From Planctomycetota bacterium (lineage in GTDB: Bacteria > Planctomycetota > Planctomycetia > Planctomycetales > Planctomycetaceae), in contig JAFMMM010000002.1 of NCBI GenBank assembly GCA_017859815.1, positions 714 through 64,713 on the forward strand: a DNA stretch of 64,000 nt, in the 5' to 3' direction. Below the pieces are notes generated by a model. It worked only from the letters and a program-made list of their open reading frames with translations. It had not been told where the DNA came from and searched no databases. A program made the position numbers and the translations under genes. Positions 10,627-25,538 of the stretch are shown in pieces (within the stretch, counting starts at the first letter, position 1; each line of letters opens with the position of its first letter).

Positions 10627-10682
10627 GTTCAGGCCATCGCCTGAACGGCCTGTGCCTTTCTGCCGCTCCTGCCGGCAAAGGC
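10627..10682 (+). promoter_or_regulatory. Two adjacent hairpins in the putative tyrS leader
   Basis: The first is GTTCAGGC-CATC-GCCTGAAC (10627..10646). The second is GCCTTT(CT)GCCG-CTCCTGC-CGGCAAAGGC (10654..10682). They end 38 nt before the tyrS ATG. Function unknown. Confidence 0.3.
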
Positions 10683-10719
10683 TTCGACGTTCACCGCATC
10701 CCTTGAATTACTTATCCTC

Positions 10720-11952
10720 ATGACAGCGCCGTTTCCTCCCGTCGAAGACCAACTCCGCATCATTCGCCGTGGAGTTGAAAAAATTGTCCCCGAAGAAGAA
10801 CTCCGGAAGCTGTTGCAGCACAGCTTCGACACCGGCACCCCACTGCGAGTGAAGTATGGCATCGATCCGACCGGGATTGACGTTCACCTGGGTCACACTG
10901 TTCCGCTGCGGAAGATGCGACAGTTTCAGGACCTCGGACATCAGGCCGTAATTATTATCGGCAATTACACAGCCCTGGTGGGCGATCCGAGTGGCCGGGA
11001 TGAAGCCCGCAGTAAACGACTGACGGCAGATGAGGTTGAAGAGAACGCTCGCGATTATCTGAATCAGGTTGGCAAAGTTGTTGATCTGAGCAAAGCCGAA
11101 ATCCACCGCAATGGCGACTGGTTCGGAAAGATGGAGTTTGCCGACGTCCTGGCTCTTTGCGGCCGTGTGACGGTTGCTCAATTACTGACTCGCGAAGACT
11201 TCGCCAAACGCTACCGTGAAGAAAAAGCCATCTACCTGCACGAATGTCTGTATCCGGTCATGCAGGCGTGGGACAGCGTTGAGATTCGCTCTGATATTGA
11301 GTTGGGTGGCACCGAACAGCTCTACAGTTTTATGCTGGCTCGCGATTTACAGACGCAGCAGAACCTGCGTGCTCAGGTCGCGGTCATGTCCCCAATCCTC
11401 GTAGGACTCGACGGCGTCCGCCGGATGGGGAAAAGCCTTGGCAACTATATCGGGATCAGCGAACCGCCGTACGAAATGATGAAGAAGTTCATGCAGCTTC
11501 CCGACGCGGTGATGAACATGTATTTTGAATTGCTGACGGAACTGCCTCTTGATGAAGCAAAGGCGTTACTGGCCGGACACCCAAAGGAAGCCAAGGTCAC
11601 GCTCGCAAAGCAGGTCATCACTCAGTACTACTCGGGCGAAGATGCCACTGCCGCTGCGGACCGGTGGCAGGCCGAAATTGGCGGCTCCGCACTGCCTGCA
11701 GATATTCCTGAACAGGAAGTTCCGGCAGAGTTGCGAGAGCAGGGAACTGTGGCCGCTTTTGTTCTCCTCGGCAAAGACGGGCTGGGTCTGTGCAGCAGCA
11801 ACGGAGAAGCCCGACGCCTGATTTCCGGAGGTGGGGCAAAGCTGGGAGAAGACAAGATCCCCATCACAGATCCCAACCAGCAAATCGAATTGCAGGACGG
11901 ATTGCTGGTCTGGGCTGGCAGAAAACGTTACTGCCGCATCAAAATGCAGTAG
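10720..11952 (+). CDS. tyrS: Tyrosine--tRNA ligase
   Basis: 410 aa. It has the HIGH-type motif (DVHLGH), the KMSKS-type motif (KMGKSLGN) and a GDPSGR block typical of TyrRS, plus a C-terminal S4-like region. Confidence 0.95.
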   Translation: MTAPFPPVEDQLRIIRRGVEKIVPEEELRKLLQHSFDTGTPLRVKYGIDPTGIDVHLGHTVPLRKMRQFQDLGHQAVIIIGNYTALVGDPSGRDEARSKRLTADEVEENARDYLNQVGKVVDLSKAEIHRNGDWFGKMEFADVLALCGRVTVAQLLTREDFAKRYREEKAIYLHECLYPVMQAWDSVEIRSDIELGGTEQLYSFMLARDLQTQQNLRAQVAVMSPILVGLDGVRRMGKSLGNYIGISEPPYEMMKKFMQLPDAVMNMYFELLTELPLDEAKALLAGHPKEAKVTLAKQVITQYYSGEDATAAADRWQAEIGGSALPADIPEQEVPAELREQGTVAAFVLLGKDGLGLCSSNGEARRLISGGGAKLGEDKIPITDPNQQIELQDGLLVWAGRKRYCRIKMQ

Positions 11953-12004
11953 CCCTGAAATCCCACCACAGGACAATGACTCAACAGGACAACGAACAAA
12001 AAGA

Positions 12005-12391
<387 letters not shown>

Positions 12392-12568
12392 ACGGCGGGC
12401 GGCAATCGCAGTGACCGGGGCCCCCTGAAAACGAAGCGGTGTCACGACACAGGCTCGATGGAGGTTCGACTGCCGGATCTCCCGGCTCTGCGACTTGCAG
12501 AGCTCGGACCGCACGTCACAATCCCCCCTTCTGCAGCGAGAATTGATTTTGTGCGCGGAGGAGTGACG

Positions 12569-13837
12569 ATGTCTGAGTTCCCGGTGATGTGTGACGTGAC
12601 GCAGCGTTTTCAGACACCAACCCTCGAAGACGTCCCCGCCGCAGTGCGAAGTCAACTGTGCGGACTCAACCTGGCCAGCCGAATTCGCCCGGGTGACACT
12701 GTGGCGATCCCGGCCGGCAGCAGAGGAATCGCCAACATCGGGGCGATCCTGAAAGAGATCGTCAGTCACTTTCGTGAGCTTGGTGCGAAACCGTTTCTTG
12801 TCCCGGCAATGGGCAGCCATGGCGGGGGTACTGCCGAGGGTCAGGTGCGGATGCTGAAGTCTCTCGGGGTCACACCGGAAAGTACTGGTGCCGAGATTCG
12901 CGCCACCATGGAAACGGTGATTGTGGCGGAAACTGCCAACGGGCTCCCGGTTCACTTTGATCGCTTCGCCGCCGAGGCTGATCATGTTTTTGTGGTGAAT
13001 CGCGTCAAGCCGCACACGCGTTTCGTTGGACCGGTGGAATCCGGCCTGCACAAAATGATGCTCATCGGACTTGGAAAACACGCCGGCGCACTGGTGTACC
13101 ATGCGGGCATTCTTTCAATGAGCTTCCCGGAAATCATCGCCTCCGTCGCCGAGCGAGTCCTTGACGTCTGCCGAGTTTGCGGTGGACTGGCAATCCTCGA
13201 AAATGCACTCGATGAAACCGCCATGGTGGAGGCAGTTCAACCCGAACACTTTGCTTCGCGTGAGCCGGAACTGCTGAAACTTGCAAACCAGTGGCTGCCA
13301 CGACTTCCCTTCGAACACGTCGACCTGCTGATTGTGGATCAGATCGGCAAAAACATCAGCGGTGTCGGAATGGACGCCAATGTCGTGGGCAGAAAATTCA
13401 ATGATCACGCTGCCACAGACCAGGACAGTGTTCTCTGCCGGCGAATCATGGTCCGTGGCTTAACGAAGGAAACAGGCGGCAACGCAACCGGAATCGGAAT
13501 GGCAGAATTTACCACCCGCAGGGTTGTCGATCAGATCGACTCAAAGATCACTCGCATTAACTGTCTGACCGGCAATCATCCGGAAGCAGCAATGATTCCG
13601 ATCACATTCGACAACGATCGCGAAGCTGTGGCCGCTGCTCTGACAACCATTGGGCTGGTCAAACCTGCAGAAGCCGCAATCGTTCAGATCTCAGACACGC
13701 TGCACCTGAGTCGGATTCGCGTTTCGGAAGCTTACTTTGATGCTGTGAAGCAGCACGAGCGTCTGGAATTTGCCGGCGAACCGGAACCCTTCCCGTTGGA
13801 TGCCGAGGGCTGGCTGCGCGGTGTCCCGCTGCACTGA
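12569..13837 (+). CDS. LarA-N / DUF2088-like (lactate-racemase-domain) protein, function uncertain
   Basis: Start at ATG 12569, preceded by GGAGGAG. The motif PAGSRGIANI...LVPAMGSHGGGTAEGQ resembles the LarA N-terminal-domain family. This assignment is from memory only. Confidence 0.5.
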   Translation: MSEFPVMCDVTQRFQTPTLEDVPAAVRSQLCGLNLASRIRPGDTVAIPAGSRGIANIGAILKEIVSHFRELGAKPFLVPAMGSHGGGTAEGQVRMLKSLGVTPESTGAEIRATMETVIVAETANGLPVHFDRFAAEADHVFVVNRVKPHTRFVGPVESGLHKMMLIGLGKHAGALVYHAGILSMSFPEIIASVAERVLDVCRVCGGLAILENALDETAMVEAVQPEHFASREPELLKLANQWLPRLPFEHVDLLIVDQIGKNISGVGMDANVVGRKFNDHAATDQDSVLCRRIMVRGLTKETGGNATGIGMAEFTTRRVVDQIDSKITRINCLTGNHPEAAMIPITFDNDREAVAAALTTIGLVKPAEAAIVQISDTLHLSRIRVSEAYFDAVKQHERLEFAGEPEPFPLDAEGWLRGVPLH

Positions 13838-13879
13838 CCCGGCGTCATCGAACCGGCACAGAGACTGCAGTGTCTGTTT

Positions 13880-14602
13880 TCAGGCGGCGGATCGAATGTC
13901 GGTAGAAGCCCGGGAATGCTGATGCTCCCTCAGCAAACGCTCTGCTTCCGGTAACTCCGGAGGATCATCAAAGGATCGTCTCCCCGCCGCAATCTGAGCA
14001 ATGGTCAGAATGGTTCTGACGATGATTCGCAAATCACCAATGAGTGACTGCTTTCGGATGGAGACCACTTCCATCGCCAGTTTGACAGGCAGCAGATCCC
14101 GCAAATAGGCCGTCTCAGGATCCACATCGGTTCCCATCAGATGCATGTGCGTCGTTCCATACACGCTTCCTGCACTGGCCAGGCCAGGCTTAACTTCCAG
14201 CGACTGCATTCCCAGAGCATCGTAGTGTTGTTCAACAATCGAGGGATCTTCCGGTCGCGGTCCGACTATCGACATCTCTCCGCGGAGGACATTCCAAAGC
14301 TGGGGGAGTTCGTCGATCTTGGTCGCCCGCAACAGTTTTCCCAGTGGATACACCCGCACATCACCATGACCGGTAATCACACTGCCCTGTTGAGGTGCCG
14401 CGTGCATCGTGCGGATTTTGTACATCACAAAAGTCCGGCCGCCTCGCCCGGCACGTTTTGCGCGATAAATAATCGGCCCCGGGCTGCAAACCCGAACACC
14501 AACGGCTGACAGCAGCAGGATCGGCGAAAAGACGAGTAACGCTGTTGCTGCAAAAAGGACATCGAAGATTCTTCGAGACATGAATGGATTCACTGTCAAC
14601 AT
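13880..14602 (-). CDS. Polyprenyl-phosphate sugar phosphotransferase (bacterial sugar transferase family)
   Basis: 240 aa. An N-terminal TM helix is followed by SPGPIIYRAKRAGRGGRTFVMYKIRTM and DELPQLWNVLRGEMSIVGPRP, which are hallmark motifs of WbaP/EpsL-type transferases. Confidence 0.9.
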   Translation of the reverse strand: MLTVNPFMSRRIFDVLFAATALLVFSPILLLSAVGVRVCSPGPIIYRAKRAGRGGRTFVMYKIRTMHAAPQQGSVITGHGDVRVYPLGKLLRATKIDELPQLWNVLRGEMSIVGPRPEDPSIVEQHYDALGMQSLEVKPGLASAGSVYGTTHMHLMGTDVDPETAYLRDLLPVKLAMEVVSIRKQSLIGDLRIIVRTILTIAQIAAGRRSFDDPPELPEAERLLREHQHSRASTDIRSAA

Positions 14603-14756
14603 GGGGAACCGTGATCAACAACTGTAACAACAGGACAAAAACAGTCCCGGGGCAGTATACTTTGAACTTGTGCAGGCAGAGAAGACGTGTTTTCTCCGGC
14701 AGCGAACGGCAGTCGCATCAATGCGATTCGGCCGTAGTCGATTCATTATGGGCAGG

Positions 14757-15896
14757 ATGAGCAGCGGAATGGGCGAACGTGTTGTCCTTGCAATGAGTGG
14801 TGGAGTGGACAGTTCGGCGGCAGCCGTGCTGTTGCACCAGCAGGGCTACGAAGTGATCGGACTGTTCATGAGATCCGGTGAATCAGCCCCCGCATGTGCT
14901 CTGCCGTCCGAACAGCTTTTGCCCGTAATGAATACTCGGCCAAACCGTCAGGGATGCTGCAGTGCAGATGATGCCGCCGACGCAAGACGCGTGGCAGACC
15001 GACTCGGAATCCCCTTTCATTCGCTCGATTTCCAGGACGGATTTCGACGGATCAAGGACTACTTTGCAGATGAGTATCTTGCCGGTCGAACACCCAACCC
15101 CTGTGTGCAGTGCAACAACTGGTTGAAATTCGGTCGACTGTGGGATTTTGCCAGGCAGGTGGGTGCACAGAAAATCGCCACTGGCCATTACGCCCAACTT
15201 CAGGACACGATCGATCCCACCGTACCGGCTCTGCTGCGCGGCAGCGACCGCAACAAAGATCAGTCGTATGTCCTGTTTGGAATTCGCCGGCAGTTGCTGT
15301 CATCCGTCATGTTCCCACTGGGCGGCTATGAAAAACCGGAAATCCGCAAACTTGCAGCCGACTCCGGCCTGCGAGTGGCGGACAAAAAAGACAGCTACGA
15401 AATCTGCTTCGTCCCGGACAATGACTACGCCGGCTTCCTCAAACGACATCGTGAGTTTTCCGGAACCTCAGGAAACTTCACCGATCTCGAAGGGAACATT
15501 CTTGGCACCCACGATGGTTTCGAACGATTTACAGTGGGGCAGCGCAAAGGGCTGGGGATTGCCTTCGGCGAGCCGCGGTTCGTGATCCGCATTGTGCCGG
15601 AAACCTGTGATGTTGTTTTGGGCAAACGCGAAGATCTGCAGGTCAGTACCTTTCAGGCTGTCGATCTGAACTGGTTGGCCGACCCACCCGATCAGGACCA
15701 TGAGATTTTGGTTCAGGTTCGATATCGCCACGACGCGGTTCCATGTCGCGTCGAATCCTCGGTGGAAGACGGTGGCAGTGTTATCGTCACACCTGAACAA
15801 CCGGTCTACGGCGTGGCCCCCGGACAGGCCGCCGTCTTCTATCGCGGCACACGAGTCCTTGGCGGAGGCTGGATTCGCAGCGCCGCAGTGTTGTAA
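14757..15896 (+). CDS. mnmA: tRNA 2-thiouridine(34) synthase
   Basis: It has the PP-loop AMSGGVDSS and the conserved blocks CNNWLKFG, ATGHYA and DQSYVL. The start is uncertain (ATG 14748, 14757 or 14769). The ORF-track start at 14670 is probably too far upstream. Confidence 0.93.
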   Translation: MSSGMGERVVLAMSGGVDSSAAAVLLHQQGYEVIGLFMRSGESAPACALPSEQLLPVMNTRPNRQGCCSADDAADARRVADRLGIPFHSLDFQDGFRRIKDYFADEYLAGRTPNPCVQCNNWLKFGRLWDFARQVGAQKIATGHYAQLQDTIDPTVPALLRGSDRNKDQSYVLFGIRRQLLSSVMFPLGGYEKPEIRKLAADSGLRVADKKDSYEICFVPDNDYAGFLKRHREFSGTSGNFTDLEGNILGTHDGFERFTVGQRKGLGIAFGEPRFVIRIVPETCDVVLGKREDLQVSTFQAVDLNWLADPPDQDHEILVQVRYRHDAVPCRVESSVEDGGSVIVTPEQPVYGVAPGQAAVFYRGTRVLGGGWIRSAAVL

Positions 15897-15984
15897 TTCG
15901 GCCGGCAACCAGGCACTGCAGACCAACTGCCTCAGCTGGTATCGCACTACTGACTTCCGGATGCAGGAGTTCCCCTCGTTTTAT

Positions 15985-18093
15985 TCATCCCGCCTGGGGC
16001 AAATCAAACAGTCTGGCAAACCGCAGCAGCACCACAGCGCGAAGGTCGGAATACTCTTCCGAATCAAAGTCACCATCATCGATCAGCTGCCGGGCCGCCA
16101 CTCGAGACTCCTTTAAGAGGTCCAGATGCTTGACGGGGTCGGCATATTTCAACGGCATTGCCCCGCTCTGACGCAGCCCGAGGATATCCCCTGGCCCGCG
16201 AAGTTCCGCATCCAGTTCTGCAAGTTGAAAGCCGTCTGTTGTCTCGGTCAGAGCTGTCAGGCGTCTGACAGCATCTGGTGTTTCTGATTCTGATACGAGG
16301 AAGCAATAGCCCTGAAAATTGCCACGACAAATGCGACCGCGCAGCTGATGCAGCTGTGCCAGTCCGAATCTTTCGGCCTGCCGCACAACCATGATTGTCG
16401 CATTCGGTACGTTCACCCCCACTTCAATCACAGTCGTCGACACCAGGACATTCGTCTCACCACTGCGAAAACGATCCATCACCTGATGCCGCTGATCGCG
16501 ATCCATCTGCCCATGCAACAGGTCCAGTTTCAGCTCTGCCAGTTCACCGCGACGAAGTTGCGCGTACAACTGTTCGGCGGACGCTGAATCCTCCTCCGAC
16601 TGCCCTTCCACGCGTGGACAGACAACGTAAGCCTGGCGACCTGTTGCAACCTGCTGGCGTACAAACTGCCAGACTTGATCTTCTTCAGCCTTGCCGGTGA
16701 TGCGAGACGTAATCACTTTTTGCCGTCCCGGGGGAAGATCCCGAATCAAAGAGACGTCGAGGTCGCCGAATTGAGTCAGGCACAGACTTCGGGGAATCGG
16801 AGTCGCCGTCATCACCAGCACGTGCGGACTGAATTCGGCGGTGGAAAATCGCGACCTCTGACGAACACCAAAGCGATGTTGTTCATCGATCACCGCCACA
16901 CCAGCCTGATGGAATCTGACGCTGTCCTGGATCAGCGCCTGAGTCCCGATAATCAGGTTCATTGACCCATCCGCAATCTCCGCCAGCATCTTCCGACGGT
17001 GCGCAGCGGGCATTCCCCCCAGCAGCAGCCCTCGTCGAACCCGGCTTCCCGCGAGCAGTTCGTCAAGCGTCTCCCAGTGCTGCGTTGCCAGAACTTCCGT
17101 GGGCGCCATCAGAATTCCCTGATGACCGGCAGCCACGGCAGCCAGCAATCCATAGGCAGCCACCGCGGTTTTTCCCGCACCGACATCTGCCTGCAGCAGG
17201 CGGTGCATTGGATGAGGCTGCCTGAGATCCCGAACCAGATCCTGGATTGCATCTTCCTGTCCAGCCGTCAAACGAAACGGAAACAAGCGCCTGATTCGAG
17301 CATCCACTCGAGCCGACACGGCAATCTCCGGCGATTCGAGCCGCTCGGTCATTCGTCTCCGCAGAGCCAGTCCCAACTGGAATTCCACAAGGTCCTGCAG
17401 GAGAATGCGACGACGCCCCGCTTCCCATTCTTCAAGACTCGTCGGCGCGTGCAGTGACCTGACCGCTACGGCAAGTTCAGGCAGCTGCAAAGTTGTCCGC
17501 AGAGCTTTCGGGAACGGATCGGGGATGAAATGCGCCAGCGACATTGCCGCCGCGTGCGTCATTTTCCGCATACCTTCCATCCGAATCCCCTCAGTCAGAG
17601 GATAGCGTGGAAGAATTCCCGCCAGCTGATCAGGTTGCTCATCTTCATGCAGCGGAGTAACGCTGGGATTGTTGAACTCCCAGCGTCCTGACCGACGAGC
17701 AGGTTTGCCGCGGAAAATGAGCCGATCGCCCTCCTGAAAACGCTTATACATCCATGGCTGATTAAACCAGACACCGCGAATAAAATGCCCGTCACAGTTC
17801 AGCACCACTCCGGTCAGAGTACGTCCTCCTCGCAGGTGCCGCACATCTCGCTCTGCAACGGTGCCAAATACCGCCTGTTCAACGCCTGCCTGCAGTTCAG
17901 GTGCAGTGCAGAGTTGGGAGTAATCATCGACGGAGGTAGGAATATGAAACAGCAGCTCGACTGCTGTTCTGATGTCCAGTTTCTCCAGCAGCCGCGCTTT
18001 GATCGGCCCCACACCTTTTAGAAACTGCACCGGCATCCCCAGCGGATCATCCGGTGAATCTTCTGAAGGGTTGTCGCGGGGCCGTTCCGGCAT
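15985..18093 (-). CDS. recG: ATP-dependent DNA helicase RecG
   Basis: Motif I is DVGAGKTAVA and motif II is DEQHRFG, with RecG wedge-like N-terminal and TRG-like C-terminal regions. Start moved to ATG 18093 (MPERPRDN...), because the 43 upstream codons are not protein-like. Confidence 0.93.
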   Translation of the reverse strand: MPERPRDNPSEDSPDDPLGMPVQFLKGVGPIKARLLEKLDIRTAVELLFHIPTSVDDYSQLCTAPELQAGVEQAVFGTVAERDVRHLRGGRTLTGVVLNCDGHFIRGVWFNQPWMYKRFQEGDRLIFRGKPARRSGRWEFNNPSVTPLHEDEQPDQLAGILPRYPLTEGIRMEGMRKMTHAAAMSLAHFIPDPFPKALRTTLQLPELAVAVRSLHAPTSLEEWEAGRRRILLQDLVEFQLGLALRRRMTERLESPEIAVSARVDARIRRLFPFRLTAGQEDAIQDLVRDLRQPHPMHRLLQADVGAGKTAVAAYGLLAAVAAGHQGILMAPTEVLATQHWETLDELLAGSRVRRGLLLGGMPAAHRRKMLAEIADGSMNLIIGTQALIQDSVRFHQAGVAVIDEQHRFGVRQRSRFSTAEFSPHVLVMTATPIPRSLCLTQFGDLDVSLIRDLPPGRQKVITSRITGKAEEDQVWQFVRQQVATGRQAYVVCPRVEGQSEEDSASAEQLYAQLRRGELAELKLDLLHGQMDRDQRHQVMDRFRSGETNVLVSTTVIEVGVNVPNATIMVVRQAERFGLAQLHQLRGRICRGNFQGYCFLVSESETPDAVRRLTALTETTDGFQLAELDAELRGPGDILGLRQSGAMPLKYADPVKHLDLLKESRVAARQLIDDGDFDSEEYSDLRAVVLLRFARLFDLPQAG

Positions 18094-18670
18094 GGCATTT
18101 GGACTGAAAAAAGACTGAAAACACGAATCAACTGTTGGCAACCGAAACCACGTCTGGAGAGACCATGGCACATGGAAAGACGCAGTCTGGTGGAACGATT
18201 GGGGACATTCGGATGGCAGCACCCGCAGGATCGCTTGTATTCGAGATAACTTGTTGACAATTCAAAGGTTAGTGAAGGGGAAGATTCTAGCGAATTGAGA
18301 AATTTTGCGGCAGTCTGAGGTCCAGGAACGGTGCTGCCGAAGCCAGGATTGTCGCTGGAAAGACTGGGAAAGGTTGTTTTCCACAATTCTCAGCGTCACA
18401 ATAATACTGAGACCTGAAGAGAGCCGGCGAATATGAAGCGTGCGGCTGCAGTCTCCACGTCGTTTGTGCCACAAAATTCGGGACGCTGCCTTTGCATGCG
18501 GCTTTCGCGGGCTGATGTGGTTGCCGGTCAAAGATGACACTCTGCCGGGAACCATGTTTCCCCACACAACGATTTGGGCTGGTAGTGATTCACTCACCAG
18601 AGCACTGTGACTGGTCGACTCCCGAGTGCGCCGTGCGTGCCCGGGACCGGCGAGATCATCATCAGGCAAG

Positions 18671-18692
18671 GTTCAGTTCTGACTGAACTTTT
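18671..18692 (+). terminator. Terminator-like hairpin in the recG-gltB gap
   Basis: GTTCAGT-TCTG-ACTGAAC is followed by TTTT on the plus strand. No annotated plus-strand gene ends here. Confidence 0.3.
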
Positions 18693-19124
18693 CCCGGCCT
18701 CAATGTTCACCGATCAATAACAGCCTTAGCGATCTGGAACAGCTCACCGGGGAATTTATTACGTTGATCCCTGTGCAAAGCATCAGCCACATGTTTTTCG
18801 TTCGTTTCCAATCCACCTGCAGTGAAGTTTCTTCGCTCACAACTGCACGCGACTCTGGTCCGCGCAGGGGTTGGAATCGTGTTGGAGCTGCGGCGGGGAA
18901 CAAACGCAAACCTGCAGCCAGGCAACCCGTTCTGCTCAAACGCTGACCGTCCCCGAATGCGGGAGGATCGAGAGTCAGCATCATCTGTCAGTGTTGATGC
19001 GCTCCCGACAGCCCGAGCGGGAACTGAGGATCCACTGTGATCCCGTCAGCAAGAGGCAGCAATCAAAGGGGCGTCTGGCGACCGGAAGAAGCGGCTAAGA
19101 TTCAAGAGAATAACGAGGTAGAGA

Positions 19125-23714
<4,590 letters not shown>

Positions 23715-23743
23715 CCGTCCACGCGACAACTCAAACGAAAACA

Positions 23744-23779
23744 GCCCGGGGCACCTTCAGGGTCCCCGGGCTTTTTTTT
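23744..23779 (+). terminator. Rho-independent terminator after gltB
   Basis: GCCCGGGG(C)ACC-TTCAG-GGTCCCCGGGC forms an 11-bp GC-rich stem followed by T8. It starts 30 nt after the gltB stop. Confidence 0.85.
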
Positions 23780-23855
23780 GCTGGCCCGGAATCGCGGTCT
23801 CCGGGTATCAGCAGGTCACGTCTGCAGGTCTTCGAAACTGCACCTGAATGCTCAG

Positions 23856-24848
23856 TCAGGCCTGCCACTTCCAGTCAGTGCGACCTTTCATGTTTTGAAT
23901 ACACTCCGCGGGCCATGCTCCACTCAACAGCTTCAGAATGATATCGGCCCCCATCTCCCACGTGGCATCATGGGATTCGTGGTCAAGTCCGGCCACGTGT
24001 CCGCTGGCAAGCACATTAGGGAGCTGCAACAGCGGACTGGAAACGGGCAGCGGTTCCACTTCGAACACATCCAGACCTGCCGCAGCAACCTTTCCGGACT
24101 GCAAAGCCGCAATCAAAGCCGGTTCATCAATCAGGGGACCGCGAGCTGTGTTGATGATGATCACACCATCCTTCATGGTTCCGATGCTCTGTTCGTTGAT
24201 CAGATGATACGTCTCTTCCGACATGGGCAGATGCAGGGAAATGAAATCAGACTGCACGAACAGATCCTGCAGCGAAAGCAGATCGATTCCGTGGTCGGCA
24301 GCAAACTGCTGCGGTGGAAATGGATCATAGGCAATCACTTTCATCCCCAGCCCGACGCCCCGCACTGCCGTCGCCTGACCAATGCGGCCCAGCCCGACCA
24401 GTCCCAGAGTGCGTCCCCAGACACGCGGCCACGGGTTACGGTTCCATTCTCCGCGACGAGCCTCCTGATCCAGAGCTGGAAAGCCACGGCTGGTCGCCAT
24501 CAGCATGGCGATCGCATGCTCGGCCACGGAGTGATGATTACAGCCGGGAGTTGTCGCAACCACGATGTCGTGTTGCTCACAGGCAGGAACATCAATCGCA
24601 TCGAAGCCCACGCCGGCGCGAGCCAGCACACGCAGTCGGGGACTGTTCTGGATGACGGATTCCGGGTACGGTTCAGAACCGGCGATGATTGCATCGTAGT
24701 CTGAGATGGCTCTGGTAAGCACGTCGGCATCCCAAAGATCAAGATCACGATCGACAACAGCACATTCATGCCCCGCTGACTGCAGCATCTTAAAGTGAGG
24801 ACCGCTTTCAGCATTTAGTGCTGTGCAGAGAACTTTTATCATGGTCAT
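23856..24848 (-). CDS. D-isomer-specific 2-hydroxyacid dehydrogenase (phosphoglycerate dehydrogenase-like)
   Basis: The NAD-binding motif is GLVGLGRIGQA, and the R/E/H catalytic context is TARGPLIDEPAL...HVAG. Start moved to ATG 24848 (or 24842), because the ORF-track extension is R/G-rich. Confidence 0.88.
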   Translation of the reverse strand: MTMIKVLCTALNAESGPHFKMLQSAGHECAVVDRDLDLWDADVLTRAISDYDAIIAGSEPYPESVIQNSPRLRVLARAGVGFDAIDVPACEQHDIVVATTPGCNHHSVAEHAIAMLMATSRGFPALDQEARRGEWNRNPWPRVWGRTLGLVGLGRIGQATAVRGVGLGMKVIAYDPFPPQQFAADHGIDLLSLQDLFVQSDFISLHLPMSEETYHLINEQSIGTMKDGVIIINTARGPLIDEPALIAALQSGKVAAAGLDVFEVEPLPVSSPLLQLPNVLASGHVAGLDHESHDATWEMGADIILKLLSGAWPAECIQNMKGRTDWKWQA

Positions 24849-24994
24849 TATCTTTTCAAACTGTGGGATTTGCCGGAAATCCAACCGACTGCCGCCGACA
24901 GCAGAACAGTGGACCGATGCAGCTTTGCGTCGCCGTTGCAAGTCCCCATCGCCGCCTGCTCTGGAACCCTGCAATGCGGAAACTATCAGCCAGA

Positions 24995-25408
24995 ATGATT
25001 CACGGCAAACAGATTGCAATTCAAATCGGCGATGAATCCCGCTGCGGGGAATGCGCATGGCTTGGAGTCAATCCGGACGCCTCAGAGACTCTGAACCTGC
25101 CGTCAGAAGTTCGCAGGCTCTTCCGTTACTGGATGCAGCAATTGCTGCAGCTGCGGGAGGGTGCCGAAACATGGCTGCCCTATGACTTTGCCGATGAACA
25201 GACCGGCTGGATCTGTTTTCGTCGGGAAGGAAATCAGTTGCTGGCGGTTTGCGGGACGGCGGCTGTTGAGGGCTGGGAAATCTCGCTCGAAACATCCCGA
25301 ACCGCTGCGCCGCAGGGGTTTCGACCGGATGAACCGCTGCACGTGCAGGAGTTCTATCTGCCTCGAATCATTGCCGATCTGCGAGTGGCTGTCATGGACT
25401 TGTCCTAA
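24995..25408 (+). CDS. Hypothetical protein (137 aa)
   Basis: From ATG 24995 the translation has balanced composition (MIHGKQIAIQIGDESRCGECAWLGV...). No recognisable motif. It is divergent from the dehydrogenase gene. Confidence 0.5.
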   Translation: MIHGKQIAIQIGDESRCGECAWLGVNPDASETLNLPSEVRRLFRYWMQQLLQLREGAETWLPYDFADEQTGWICFRREGNQLLAVCGTAAVEGWEISLETSRTAAPQGFRPDEPLHVQEFYLPRIIADLRVAVMDLS

Positions 25409-25538
25409 CCCGCTCTCAATCGCATCGGTTTGGTTTTGGCATCCACCGGAAACAGGTAACATACGAGCACGCTGGCCAGCCCCGGCCAGACCACGTGATG
25501 CCGGAAAACCTGTTCATCTGTTTGATATCGGAACTCAC

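Noticed and set aside
18254-18266. Shared 13-mer TTG(A/T)CAATTCAAA at 18254..18266 and 55891..55903, as a common promoter or operator
   Set aside because: There are only two copies with one mismatch. At 18254 no acceptable -10 element follows at 16-18 nt. This is consistent with chance.
18301-18345. SRP (4.5S) RNA-like stretch GUCUGAGGUCCAGGAACGGUGCUGCC in the recG-gltB gap; the gap was also checked for RNase P and tmRNA signatures
   Set aside because: The helix-8 pairing and GNRA tetraloop of SRP RNA cannot be formed. No GAGGAAAGUCC (RNase P P4) and no GGGGCUGA.../tag-ORF (tmRNA) are present on either strand.
23778-24704. 308-aa plus-strand ORF
   Set aside because: It is antisense to the 2-hydroxyacid dehydrogenase gene, and its composition is skewed to R/H/Q/S.
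25161-25538. Long N-terminal extensions offered by the ORF track (25161 for creatininase, 26168 for the J-like protein, 11831 for PCD, 24818, 33760, 38561, 32060)
   Set aside because: The extensions are R/P/C-rich, overlap the preceding gene or lack family similarity. Internal ATGs give canonical N-termini or signal peptides. The coordinates given here are for the creatininase example.
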